DNA of 32,000 nucleotides from Mycoplasma mobile 163K (GCF_000008365.1 NC_006908.1:570001-602000), one strand, 5' to 3'; positions 12,366 to 22,716 are shown, numbered from the stretch's first letter. The notes: a model not told the origin generated them from the sequence alone. Made by a program: numbers and translations.

Positions 12366-12440
12366 GCCGATTTAGCTCAGTGGTAGAGCAGCTGGCTGTT
12401 AACCAGTTGGTCACAAGTTCGAATCTTGTAATCGGCGCCA
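12366..12440 (+). tRNA. tRNA-Asn (anticodon GTT), CCA encoded
   Basis: Hand-folded cloverleaf. Acceptor GCCGATT/AATCGGC, anticodon loop CTGTTAA, T-loop TTCGAAT; 75 nt ending in CCA. Confidence 0.9.
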
Positions 12441-12443
12441 TTT

Positions 12444-12519
12444 GGCCCTTTGGTGAAGCGGTTAACACACATGGTTTTCATCCATGCATTCACGGGTTCG
12501 AGTCCCGTAAGGGTCACCA
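12444..12519 (+). tRNA. tRNA-Glu (anticodon TTC), CCA encoded
   Basis: Acceptor GGCCCTT/AAGGGTC, anticodon stem CATGG/CCATG with loop TTTTCAT, T-arm GGGTTCGAGTCCC; 76 nt. Confidence 0.9.
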
Positions 12520-12523
12520 AAAT

Positions 12524-12599
12524 GGAAGATTAGCTCAGTTGGGAGAGCATCGCCCTTACAAGGCGAGGGTCGTGGGTTCGAGCCCCTCATCTTCTACCA
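12524..12599 (+). tRNA. tRNA-Val (anticodon TAC), CCA encoded
   Basis: Acceptor GGAAGAT/ATCTTCT, anticodon stem TCGCC/GGCGA with loop CTTACAA, T-arm GGGTTCGAGCCC; 76 nt. Confidence 0.9.
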
Positions 12600-12602
12600 T
12601 TA

Positions 12603-12678
12603 GCCGTTTTAGCTCAGCAGGCAGAGCAACTGACTTGTAATCAGTAGGTCGTAGGTTCGATTCCTATAAACGGCACCA
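12603..12678 (+). tRNA. tRNA-Thr (anticodon TGT), CCA encoded
   Basis: Acceptor GCCGTTT/AAACGGC, anticodon stem ACTGA/TCAGT with loop CTTGTAA, T-arm AGGTTCGATTCCT; 76 nt. Confidence 0.9.
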
Positions 12679-12704
12679 TACACGCAAATGCGTTCCTTAT
12701 TTGA

Positions 12705-12788
12705 GCGCGAGTGGTGAAATTGGCAGACACGCTAGATTTAGGCTCTAGTGCCTTCGGCATAAGGGTTCGAGTCCCTTCCCGCGCACCA
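12705..12788 (+). tRNA. tRNA-Leu (anticodon TAG), type II with long variable arm, CCA encoded
   Basis: Acceptor GCGCGAG/CCCGCGC, anticodon stem CTAGA/TCTAG with loop TTTAGGC, variable arm TGCCTTCGGCAT, T-arm GGGTTCGAGTCCC; 84 nt. Confidence 0.9.
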
Positions 12789-12809
12789 TTTCATTTAAAA
12801 GATGACGAT

Positions 12810-12840
12810 AAAAAGCAATTAATATTGCTTTTTTCTTTTT
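12810..12840 (+). terminator. intrinsic terminator after the tRNA cluster
   Basis: Stem AAAAAGCAAT (12810-12819) pairs with ATTGCTTTTT (12824-12833) around the loop TAAT, followed by a T-rich run. Confidence 0.6.
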
Positions 12841-12852
12841 ATCTCTTTAATA

Positions 12853-12858
12853 TATAAT
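12853..12858 (+). promoter_or_regulatory. candidate -10 box (TATAAT) for the sucrose-type PTS operon
   Basis: TATAAT at 12853-12858, then AAGGAAA (12881-12887) and ATG 12898. Sequence pattern only. Confidence 0.35.
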
Positions 12859-12897
12859 TTATATATATAAATAATTATTTAAGGAAATTTAAATCTT

Positions 12898-14499
12898 ATG
12901 AAACAATCAGAATTCAAAAATTCAGCCGAACTAATTATTGAAGCAGTTGGTGGCAAAGAAAATATTTCAATTTTTTACCACTGTGCAACAAGATTGCGTT
13001 TCAAATTAACTGATCAATCAAAGATTAATGTTAATAAAATTAAAGCAATTAAACTTGCAAAAGGTTATAACCTTGAAGGTGAAGAAAATCAAATTATTTT
13101 TGGAGCAGGAACTGTTAATAAAGTTCATGATGAACTACAAAATTTAACCCAAAAAAGTACTAATCAAACTAGTTCGCCAAAACAAAAACATATTTGATGA
13201 AATAAAAATATTTCTTTTTGAAGCAATTTATTTTTGAATTTAAGGTGATTTGTAAGAAGTTTTGCAGAAATTTTTATTCCTTTGATTCCTATTTTTATTG
13301 CAGGAGGACTTTCATTAGCTTTAACTAATTTAGTTAAAGCAGTAGCTGATGTCAATATAAATCAAACAGCAAAAAGTGCGGTTTTTTTCTTTGAATTAAT
13401 TGGAGCAGGAATCTTAGGTTCACTTCCAGCTTTTGTTGGATATACTTCTATGAAAAAATATGGTGGAACACCTTTAATTGGTTTAGCAATTGGAATTATT
13501 CTTGTTGCACCTAATTTATTGAATGCTTATTTGGTGACTGGAACTTTAACTTCATTTCCAGTAGGTCAAATAGGAATAACTCCTGGAACTCAAACTAATG
13601 GTGGAACAATTGCTGTTTTTGCTTTATTTCCAGCTTTGCCTGAATTTTTCCAATTTAGATTAATCGGATATCAAGCTGAGATTTTTCCGGTGCTTGCAAT
13701 TGTTGCTTTAGCTTTTTTTGTAGAAAAATTCTTAAAAAGATATACACCAGAAGCTTTAGCGATTATTGTTGTGCCTTTAATTACAATAGTATTTACACTT
13801 TTTCTTGGTTTTTGAATTATTGGGCCAATTTTTAAATTCATCTCAATTGGACTAACTTTAGCTTTTAGTGGGATTTTCCAATTTACAAACTTTGCTTGAT
13901 TTGGTTTAGGAGGAGCAATTTTAGGATTTGCATATCCATTTTTAGTTGTAACAGGTTTACATCAAGGATTTTTACCAATTGAAGCCCAATTGATCGCCAG
14001 AGATGGTTTTACTTGGATTACTTCTATTGCAACTATATCTAATATTTCACAAGGAGTTGTTGGATTAACTTTAGCTATTGTTTTTTTCTTGAAAAAAGAA
14101 AAAAAGAATGCTTCATTAGCAATTTCAGGTGGAGTAAGTGCTAATTTAGGAATTACAGAACCAATTCTATTCGGAATTAATATTCCTTTAAAATTTGCAA
14201 TGGTAGCTGCTGCTTGTGGTGCTGCTGTTGGAGGATATTGAGTTGGAATGACTCAAACAATGGCAAGTTCTATTGGTAGTGCTTCATGAATTGGTTTTAT
14301 TCAATTTGATATAACAGCAACAAGACTTCAAGCTTTTATTGGTAATAGAAGTGCTGCTTTAACTAATTTAGCACCAATTTACAATATTGCTATTGCTTCA
14401 ATTTTATCTGTATTTTCTTCAATTGGATTTACACTAATATTCTTAAAAACAAAATGGGGCAAAAATAGTTACAATAAATTTTTGTCTATTCAAAATTAA
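12898..14499 (+). CDS. PTS transporter EIIBC component, sucrose/beta-glucoside (Glc-superfamily) type
   Basis: Fragments 12898, 13282 and 13990 share one frame (533 aa, TAA 14497-14499). The EIIB domain has GGKENISIFYHCATRLRF (phospho-Cys motif). The EIIC domain has TGLHQGFLPIE in the bridging segment. No EIIA domain is visible. Confidence 0.85.
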
Positions 14500-14538
14500 T
14501 TTAAATTATGAAATAAATATAAGTTAAAATTTTATATT

Positions 14539-17100
14539 ATGAAAAATTTTAAAAATATTCTAGTTGAACTAAAAAACAAATTAAATCGTGAACAATTCAA
14601 TTACTTAAATGAAAAAAATAATTTTCAAGAAAAAATTAAGGAAAATTTTAAAGCTAAATCAAAGGATTTACATTTTAGAAATAACTTCTCTTTAGAACCA
14701 AAAAGCGGTCTTTTAAATGATCCAAATGGTTTAGTTTTTTTTAATGATTTTTACTACATTTTTTTTCAAAATTCACCACATATAAATAAGCATGACTTGA
14801 AAGTGTGATCACTTTATAAAACAAAAGATTTTTTAAATTACACATATGAAGGACAAAAAATAAGTCCTTCAATTGAAAAAGATGCTGATGGAATTTATAG
14901 TGGTGGATCGATAGTTGAAAATGATGAATTGTATTTGTTTTACACAGGAATAGAAAAAAAATATTTTAGAAAAATAAATATAGAAAAAATAAAAAATTTT
15001 TTTTCTTTAGCTGATTTTATACTTGAATCAAATATGCATAAGACATTGAAAGAAATTTATCTTGAATCTTTAATCAGTAAAATTATAAAATTTATTGAAA
15101 ATTTAGAAGAATCAAATATTTTTCTTGCAAAAAGAAATACAAGCGAAAATTTTGACAAAACATTTTTATTTAAAAGAGATAGAAATCTTTACACAAGACA
15201 CTTTAGAGATCCTTTAGCGCTAAAAAAAGATAATAATTTTTATCTTTTAATAGGTGCGCAATTAAAAGAAACTCTAAAAGGAGTAATTAGTGTCTATAAG
15301 TCTAAAAAAGTAGATAAAGATTACCGACTAATTGGAAATATCAAATTCAAAAATTTTAGTATTGAATCATACATGTTAGAGTGTCCGGAATTTTTAAGAA
15401 TTAATAATAAAGATATTATCATTTTTTCAACTCAAGGAAAAAGTTATTTTAATTTTAGAAAAAATAATGAAAGTATTCATAATGCAATTTATCTTGTTGG
15501 TAAAATGAATTGAAACACATTAGAATTCGATGTGGAATTTCAAGATTTTCTTGATTATGGTTTTGATTTTTATGCCCCACAAGTATTTAAAAATGTAGAT
15601 GAAAATATTCTTATAGGATGAAATGGAAGACCTGATATTTCTTTTCATGATGAAAATCTTGGTTGAAGTTTTAATTTATCTATTCCAAGAAAACTTTATT
15701 TAAAAAATAATGAATTAATTCAAGAACCAATTTTCCAACTAGAAAATGAAGTTCTAAATGTTGAATCTAATAAAATTTCAAAAAAACAAAATGGTTTATA
15801 TGAAATTCGATTCGAAAAAGAAAAAAACTTTAGTGAAATTTCTATTTTTAATGAAAAACATAATATTTCCATTAAATTAGACTGAGATAATTTATTCATA
15901 AATGTTAACAGAACAAATATGGAAGTAAATTATGGAGAAAATATTGGAACAAATTGGGTAAGAAAAATGCCTAAAAAATATTCAAAAATGAATCTAATTG
16001 TTGATAATTCTTTAATTCATTTTTATTTTGATGAAGGTAAATTTCATTTTACATTTTATTACTTTATTAAAAAATCAAACATTAAATTTAAAAATTTTTC
16101 TAACATTACATTTAGGCAAATCAAATCTTTAAAAATCAAGGATAAATCTAAAAAAGTTTTATTAATTGGAGAAGCTTTGATTGATACATATAAACAAAAT
16201 TTTGAAATATCAAGACAAGTTGGAGGAGCTCCTTTAAATGTTTCACTTGCTTTGAGTAAAAAAGGTGTTCAAAATTCTTTTTTTGGTGTGATTGGAAAAG
16301 ATGAAGATGCTTCTTTAATTTTAGAATATTTCAAAAGAAATAATTTAGATACTTCCTTATTAAAAATTGATCCAAAACTAAAAACTACAGTTGCGAATGT
16401 ATCAATAAATGACGAAGGAGAGAGAAACTTTACTTTTGTAAGGGGAGCTGATGAAAATTTAAATTTTGAATATGATGCTTTAATTAATCAATATGATTTA
16501 GTGTGCTTTTCTTCTGCAACAGCTTTTTTAGGTGGCAAGTTATATAAAAGTTATATAAAAGCTCTAAATTTAAGTTTAGATGCAAATATTGATGTTGTTT
16601 TTGATCCGAATTATCGTGATAGTTTATATTCTAAAAACATTGAAGATTTTAAGCAAAAAGCTAAATATTTTATAACTAAAAGTAATGTTGTCAAAATGTC
16701 TTTAGAAGAATTAGAAATTATTTATAAACTAAAATGAAATTCTAAAAATGATACTGAAACACTTCACAAGGAAATGAAAAAAATTATTGAAAATGATCAG
16801 CAATTTTTTTTAATAACTCTAGGTAAAGATGGAACTTTATTTATAGATAAAAATAAAATAAAAATTATACCTTCAATAAAAGTTAAACAAGTTGATACTA
16901 CTGGTGCAGGTGATGTCTTTTTAGGATCTTTTATTTCTAAATATATAAATAGAAATAATAAAGATTCTAATTCAAAAGATTTTCACAATGAAATTTTCGA
17001 AATTATTAAATATGCAAATGTAAATGGAGCACTTGCTACTACTATAATAGGAGTAGAAAATGCTCTTAAAACAGAAGAAGAAATAAATGAATTGATTTAA
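14539..17100 (+). CDS. fused sucrose-6-phosphate hydrolase (GH32) and fructokinase (PfkB family), single 853-aa ORF
   Basis: Fragments 14539, 14929, 15919 and 16774 all share one frame, with only TGA between them. GH32 motifs are LLNDPNG, HFRDP and MLECPEF, plus a beta-sandwich tail (LIVDNSLIHFYFDEGKF). The same track ORF (15919..16737) continues without a stop into KKVLLIGEALID...GGAPLNVSLALSKKG. DTTGAGDVFLGSF (PfkB signature) follows further on, and the frame ends at TAA 17098-17100. Confidence 0.8.
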
Positions 17101-17321
17101 AAAATGAACATTCAATAAAATAATTGGTCTAATTTTTTTCTTTGTTGGTTTTATTTTGGGTTTTATTGTTGTAGCAACAAATATGTTTATGGCTTCAAAT
17201 GCTATTTTTTGAGTAATTATTCCATTTGCATTAGGAATTATTTTTGTATTAATTTTTATAGGTCTAATTTGCATTTTTAGAAAAAAATAATATTAATAAC
17301 TTATTTATATTTAAGTTTATT

Positions 17322-17327
17322 TATAAT
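17322..17327 (+). promoter_or_regulatory. candidate -10 box (TATAAT) 6 nt upstream of the truB ATG (leaderless-type arrangement)
   Basis: TATAAT at 17322-17327, then TTGAAA, then ATG 17334. No Shine-Dalgarno sequence lies between. Confidence 0.35.
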
Positions 17328-17333
17328 TTGAAA

Positions 17334-18191
17334 ATGATATTACTTTTAAGAAAAACAAAAAACATTAGTAGTTTTAATTTTATTAATAACTTTAAAAAGA
17401 CAAAAGGTTTTAAAAAAATTGGACATTGTGGTACTTTAGATCCACTAGCAACTGGCCTTTTAATCGTTGCAACAGATGAAGATACAAAATTAATTGATTA
17501 TTTAGATCAAAAAGATAAGACATATGTAGCAAGAGCAAAACTAGGTTTCGAAACAACTACTTATGATTCTGAAGGTGAAATTATTAATCAAAGTTCAAAT
17601 GTAAAATTTACAAAAGAAAAATTGATTGAAGTTCTAAATTCTTTTATTGGTTTAACAAAACAAATGCCTCCTAAATATAGTGCAAAAAAACTAAATGGAA
17701 TAAGAGCTTATGATTTAGCAAGGCAAAATATTGATTTTGAATTAAATGAGGTTGAAATCAATATAACTAAAATAAAGTTATTGTCTTATAATGAAGATGA
17801 AAATTACTTTGATTTTGAAGTTGTTGTTTCAAGAGGGACTTACATTAGAAGTCTTATTTATGACATTGGAATTAAATTAAATTCTTTAGCTTATATGGAA
17901 TCTTTAGAAAGAACAAAAATAGGAAATCTTTTTTTAGAAAAAAATCAAGATGATAAAATTTTAAATGCAAAAGAAATAATTCAACTGGAAATAATTCAAT
18001 TAGAAAAAAATCAAATAGAAAATCTTTCTAAAGGTCTCTTAATTGATTTAAAAAATGAGGATAATTTTTATGCTCTTTTTTGAAAAGATGAAATGATTGG
18101 ATTTGGACAAATTTTGAATAATGTATTAAAATCTAAAAAACTTATTGGGAAAAAAATACAAAAAATTTTAGGAGATAAACAAAGTGAATAA
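17334..18191 (+). CDS. truB: tRNA pseudouridine(55) synthase
   Basis: GHCGTLDPLATGLLIVATDEDTKLIDYL carries the catalytic Asp motif. The frame continues past TGA 18081-18083 to TAA 18189-18191 (285 aa from ATG 17334; a TTG at 17328 is an alternative start). The truB-ribF-rpsO neighbourhood is a conserved arrangement. Confidence 0.85.
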
Positions 18192-19008
18192 AAAAATCAT
18201 TGCCTTTGATATTGATGGAACATTAATTCCTTATGGCGAAAAAATTCTTTCAGAAAAATTGTTATATGCTTTTAAAACTTTAAAACAAAAAGGCTTCATT
18301 ATTATTTTAGCTTCAGGTAGAGATTTAATAGCTACTAAAAATTTATTTGATCAATACGATTCTTTTGATTATTTTGTAGGAGGAAATGGATCTTTTGCTT
18401 ATGATATCCAAAATAGAAAAATTGTCTATGAAAATGCTTTAAATTTTTCAGAAATTAAAACTCTTATAAGAAAATTTGATTTAAAAATTGAAAATATTTT
18501 TATAAGTAATAACGAAAGTGTCTTTGTTGATTTTGAAGGAATTGAACAAAATAGACTAAAAACTTTTTTATCTATTTGAAAAAAAACTGATGTTAAAAAT
18601 ATTAAAGATTTAAAAGATTTAGATGAATTAGATAAAGGGAATAGAGCTAATATTTTTATTTTGAAAAATTTATCAGATGAAAAAAAAGAACAAATTTCTC
18701 AGTATATAAAGAATTCACATTTTAATTTTGAAATAAAAAAAGAAACAGCAACAGGTTTATATATCCAAAATATTGAACAAAATAAATATAATGCAATTTT
18801 GAACTTAGCAAAAATTGAAAATTTTGATGTCTCTGAACTAATAACTTTTGGAGATGGATGAAATGATTTTGAAATGATTAAATTTGCTAAATATGGAGTT
18901 GCAATTGAAAATGGAGATCCAGTACTTTTAAAAGTGGCAAAAGATTTTGCAAAACCAGTCGAAGATGAAGGTGTGTTTTTAAAATTAAAAGAGTTGGGAT
19001 TAATTTAA
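18184..19008 (+). CDS. HAD-superfamily hydrolase, Cof-type (subfamily IIB) phosphatase
   Basis: The GTG 18184 start overlaps the truB stop. Motifs are IAFDIDGTLIP (motif I), LASGRD and FGDG-(TGA=W)-NDFEMIKFAKYGVAIENG (motif IV). Fragments 18184 and 18661 share one frame (274 aa). Confidence 0.75.
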
Positions 19009-19877
19009 TGAAAGTAATTCAATTTCCTGAAATAAGTAGCGAATTTATTACAAGTGAAAAAAATACAATTGTTTTTGGTGGTTTTGACTCAATGCATATT
19101 GGTCATTTAGAGTTATTTAAAAAAGCTCTTGCCGAAAATAAAAATGCAATAGTTTCCATAGTTCAAAATATTGAAAATAGTCCAAAAAACACTGATAATA
19201 AAACAATTTTTTCTTTAAGAAATAGATTGGATATTTTAAATGCTATTGAAATTCAAAATGTCTTACTTATTAAATTAGATGAAAAATTAATAAATCTTGA
19301 ACCTTGAGATTTTATAGATGAAATAACTAAAAAATATAAGATAGAAAAAATAGTTGTTGGCGAAGATTATAAATTTGGAAAAGATGCAAAGTGGAATGCA
19401 AAAAATTTGAAGGAATATTTTCCAAACACAATCATTGTGCCTTTAATAAAAATAGGAAATTATAAAATAGGAACTAAATTAATTTCTGAAATGATAAAAA
19501 CAGGCGAAGTTTCTGATTTAAATTCTCTTTTAATTAAATTTTTTAGCATTGATATTGATTTGGTTTCTTCTTTGGAATTCCAATATCCAAAAAAAATTAT
19601 AAAAATTCATAATGGAATTTATGCTTGTTTAGTTTACATAAATAATGTGATTTATCATGCAACTGTTTTAATTGATGTAGAAAATAAAAATATAATTAAA
19701 TTTTTTAATTATAACTATGAAAAACCACAAAATAATATAAGAATTTCTTTCATACAAGAAATAAGAATTATTACAAAAAAGAGTGATTCCAAAATTTTTT
19801 CAGAAGATGAAAAAACTTCTAAAATTTTTTTATTAAATTATGCTAAAATTAATTCAAATAGCGATCTAATTTGGTAA
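19008..19877 (+). CDS. ribF: FAD synthetase / riboflavin kinase family protein (RibF-like)
   Basis: The N-terminal nucleotidyltransferase motif VFGGFDSMHIGHLELF is present. Fragments 19008 and 19407 share one frame (289 aa). The start overlaps the previous stop (TAATG). The C-terminal kinase-like half is divergent, so bifunctionality is uncertain. Confidence 0.7.
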
Positions 19878-19908
19878 AAGCTGAATTAAGATTAAGAAAG
19901 GAAACATC

Positions 19909-20175
19909 ATGGTTTCAAACACAAAAAAATTAGAATTAATTAAATCTTTTGGTAAAAATGAAAAAGATTCAGGTTCAATTGAAGCTCAAATTGCAATTTT
20001 GACTGAAGATATTGAAAGCTTAAAATTACATTTCGAAAAAAATAAAAAAGATTTGCACTCAAGAAGGGGATTTATTGCTAAAATAAATCACCGTAAAAAA
20101 TTACTTGCATATTTAAGAAAAAATAAATTTACTTCATACGCAAGCTTAATTGAAAAACTAAATATTCGTAAATAA
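19909..20175 (+). CDS. rpsO: 30S ribosomal protein S15
   Basis: An 88-aa ORF with [48 protein letters not shown], typical of S15. AAAGGAAA lies upstream. Confidence 0.92.
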   Translation: MVSNTKKLELIKSFGKNEKDSGSIEAQIAILTEDIESLKLHFEKNKKDLHSRRGFIAKINHRKKLLAYLRKNKFTSYASLIEKLNIRK

Positions 20176-20183
20176 AAATGATA

Positions 20184-20217
20184 AATGGAGTAGAAATGAT
20201 CTACTTCATTTTTTTGT
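20184..20217 (+). terminator. intrinsic terminator after rpsO
   Basis: Stem AATGGAGTAGA (20184-20194) pairs with TCTACTTCATT (20200-20210), with one G-U pair and the loop AATGA. A T-run follows at 20211-20216. Confidence 0.6.
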
Positions 20218-20246
20218 TTTATAATTAAAACATTATTGGAGGAAAA

Positions 20247-20531
20247 ATGGAAAACAGCAAAAAAAGTTGAAAAAAAAGTTTCCCAAGTTGAAGAGAAAAA
20301 CCATTTTTTGAACTCATTACAACTAGTTTTATTTTTGTTGTAATTTTGAGTATTTGTCTTATTTCGATTTACTTAACAAACACACCTCAAACAGTAGGAT
20401 CTGATTTAATTAATTTCTTTATTTGATTTTCAGTAACTGTTGCAATTGCAATAATATTAAATATTTATATTTTATATATTAAAAAAAGGAATAAAGTTAA
20501 ATCTAAAAAATTAAAAAATAACTATAAATAA
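20247..20531 (+). CDS. small two-TM membrane protein (94 aa), uncharacterised
   Basis: Absent from the ORF track because it contains three TGA codons. GGAGG at 20238-20242 precedes ATG 20247, and the stop is TAA 20529-20531. Translation: MENSKKSWKKSFPSWREKPFFELITTSFIFVVILSICLISIYLTNTPQTVGSDLINFFIWFSVTVAIAIILNIYILYIKKRNKVKSKKLKNNYK. Confidence 0.5.
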
Positions 20532-20556
20532 TTTAAAAAATAAATAAAGGAAAAAT

Positions 20557-21813
20557 ATGAAAAAAATTAATTTAAAAGATAAAGAAATTGAAAAAATTAT
20601 TAATAATGAGCAACAAAGGCAAGAAGAACACATTGAATTAATAGCAAGTGAAAACTATGTATCAAAAGATGTGCTTGAAGCTACAGGAAGTATTTTAACA
20701 AATAAATATAGTGAAGGTTATCCAGGAGCTAGATATTATGATGGATGTGAATTTGTTGATCAAATAGAAACTTTAGCAATTGAAAGATTGAAAAAACTTT
20801 TTAATGTTAAATTTGCAAATGTTCAACCACATTCTGGAAGTAGTGCGAATTCTGCTGCAATTGCAGCTTTAGTAAAACCTGGCGGAAAAATTTTGGGAAT
20901 GTCTTTAGATGCCGGAGGTCATTTAACTCATGGATACAAAATTAGTTTCAGTGGAACATTTTATGATCCATATTTTTACGGAGTAAATGATGAAGGTTTA
21001 TTAGATTATGATGTAATTGAGAAATTAGCAGAAAAAATAAAACCAGAACTAATTATTTGTGGTGCAAGTAATTATAGCAGAACAATAGACTTTGAAAAAT
21101 TCAGTAAAATTGCTAAAAAAGTGGGTGCTTTTTTATTAGCTGATATTGCCCATATAGCAGGTTTAATTATTGCTGATCTTCACCCAAGTCCTGTTGGACA
21201 TGCAGATGTAATTACTTCTACAACACATAAAACAATAAGAGGCGCTAGAGGTGGAATTATTATGTCTAATGACGAAACTTTAATGAAAAAAATTGATCGT
21301 TGAGTATTTCCTGGTTACCAAGGTGGCCCTTTAGTCCATGTTATTGCAGGTAAAGCAGTTGCTTTTGGCGAAGCACTTACACCTCAATTTAAAAAATATC
21401 AACAACAAATTATTTCAAATGCAAAAGCTTTTAGTGAAGAATTTAAAAAAGTTGGAACAAAAATAATTTCAGGTCAAACTGATAATCACTTATTTACAAT
21501 TGATGTGAAATCTTCTTTTAATATTAGTGGTAAAGAAGCTTCTGAATTAATGCATAGCATTAATATTACAGCAAATAAAAATTCAATTCCAAATGATACT
21601 TTAGGTCCTAAAATTTCTAGCGGTGTTAGAATGGGAACCCCTGCAATGACTACAAGGGGTTTTAAAGAAGTTGAATTTAAAAAACTTGCAAGAATCATAA
21701 TTGAACTATTAGCAAATTCAACTTCATCTAATCTTGAATCATTAAAACTGAAATTGAAAAATGAAGTTTTAGAACTTACAAAAGCATTTCCAACAAAGGA
21801 TTATTATTTATAA
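20557..21813 (+). CDS. glyA: serine hydroxymethyltransferase
   Basis: Fragments 20557 and 21505 share one frame (418 aa). Motifs include [28 protein letters not shown] and the PLP-lysine region [16 protein letters not shown]. Confidence 0.95.
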
Positions 21814-22652
21814 TGGAAAAAAATATTCACATATATTCAAAAAACAATTTTAGGATTTTTACTATTAATAGTAAAAATATTATTAATGAATTTTTAAGTA
21901 TTCATAAACCTAATGCATTTAATTCTTTAGTATATGCAAATATCATTAATGCTTTTCCGATTTTAAATTCTGTTTTTAGTGATGAAGATATAAAAGTTAT
22001 TTATAAATTAAAAACCAGTGGAGCAGTAAATAATGCAATTGTGGAAGTTCAAGATGGAATTTTTAGAGCTTTAATTAATAATGAATTAGATGTTAAAAAA
22101 GAAGATATTAATTTGAATAAAATTGATTTTGAAAAAGTAATTGGTAAAGGTGTTTTAACAATTACTAAAACACAAAACAATAATTCTTATAGTAGTCAAA
22201 TTGAATTACAACATTCTACTTTTATTGAAAGTATTAATCATTTCTTGTTGCAAAGTGAGCAACTATATTCGGCTTGTGTTTGAGTATTGAATTTTGATGA
22301 AAAAGATTTTCATAAAGTTACTAGAGCTGAATTAGTATTGATGCAAAAAATGCCTCAAGCTACTGAAAATGATATTGTGTTTTTTGAAAAATTTATCAAA
22401 GAAAATGTTTTAAAAAATTCTTCTTTAGAAGAATATATATCAAAATTAGGTGCAAAAAAAGTTGATTCAAAATTTGTAAAATCTGGATGTTTTTGTTCAA
22501 TTGAAAAAATGAAAAAAGTTTTAGAAAATATCTCATATCAAGAACTAAATAAAATTTTTAAAGAAAATAAAAATAAAATTGAAATTGTTTGTCAATTTTG
22601 CAAAATAGAATATGAATTTTCTAAAGAAGATTTTGAAAAAAATAAAAATTAA
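21813..22652 (+). CDS. hslO: Hsp33-family redox-regulated chaperone
   Basis: Fragments 21813 and 22287 share one frame (279 aa). The C-terminal zinc motif is CFC...(29 aa)...CQFC. The start overlaps the glyA stop (TAATG). Confidence 0.75.
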
Positions 22653-22683
22653 AAACAAAATTCAAAATAATATAAATGTAATA

Positions 22684-22713
22684 AAAAAATTCATTTAGCA
22701 AAATGAATTTTTT
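22684..22713. terminator. bidirectional intrinsic terminator between hslO and the convergent minus-strand operon
   Basis: Perfect 12-bp inverted repeat: AAAAAATTCATT (22684-22695) and AATGAATTTTTT (22702-22713), loop TAGCAA. Confidence 0.6.
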
Positions 22714-22716
22714 AAA

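Noticed and set aside
12380-12640. 86-aa plus-strand ORF
   Set aside because: It lies entirely over the tRNA-Asn/Glu/Val/Thr genes. Its openness comes from the GC-rich tRNA sequence, so it is not a coding gene.
12679-12704. Small hairpin (ACGCA-AA-TGCGT) in the tRNA-Thr/tRNA-Leu spacer
   Set aside because: It has only 4-5 bp with a minimal loop and no T-run. It is most likely just a processing spacer.
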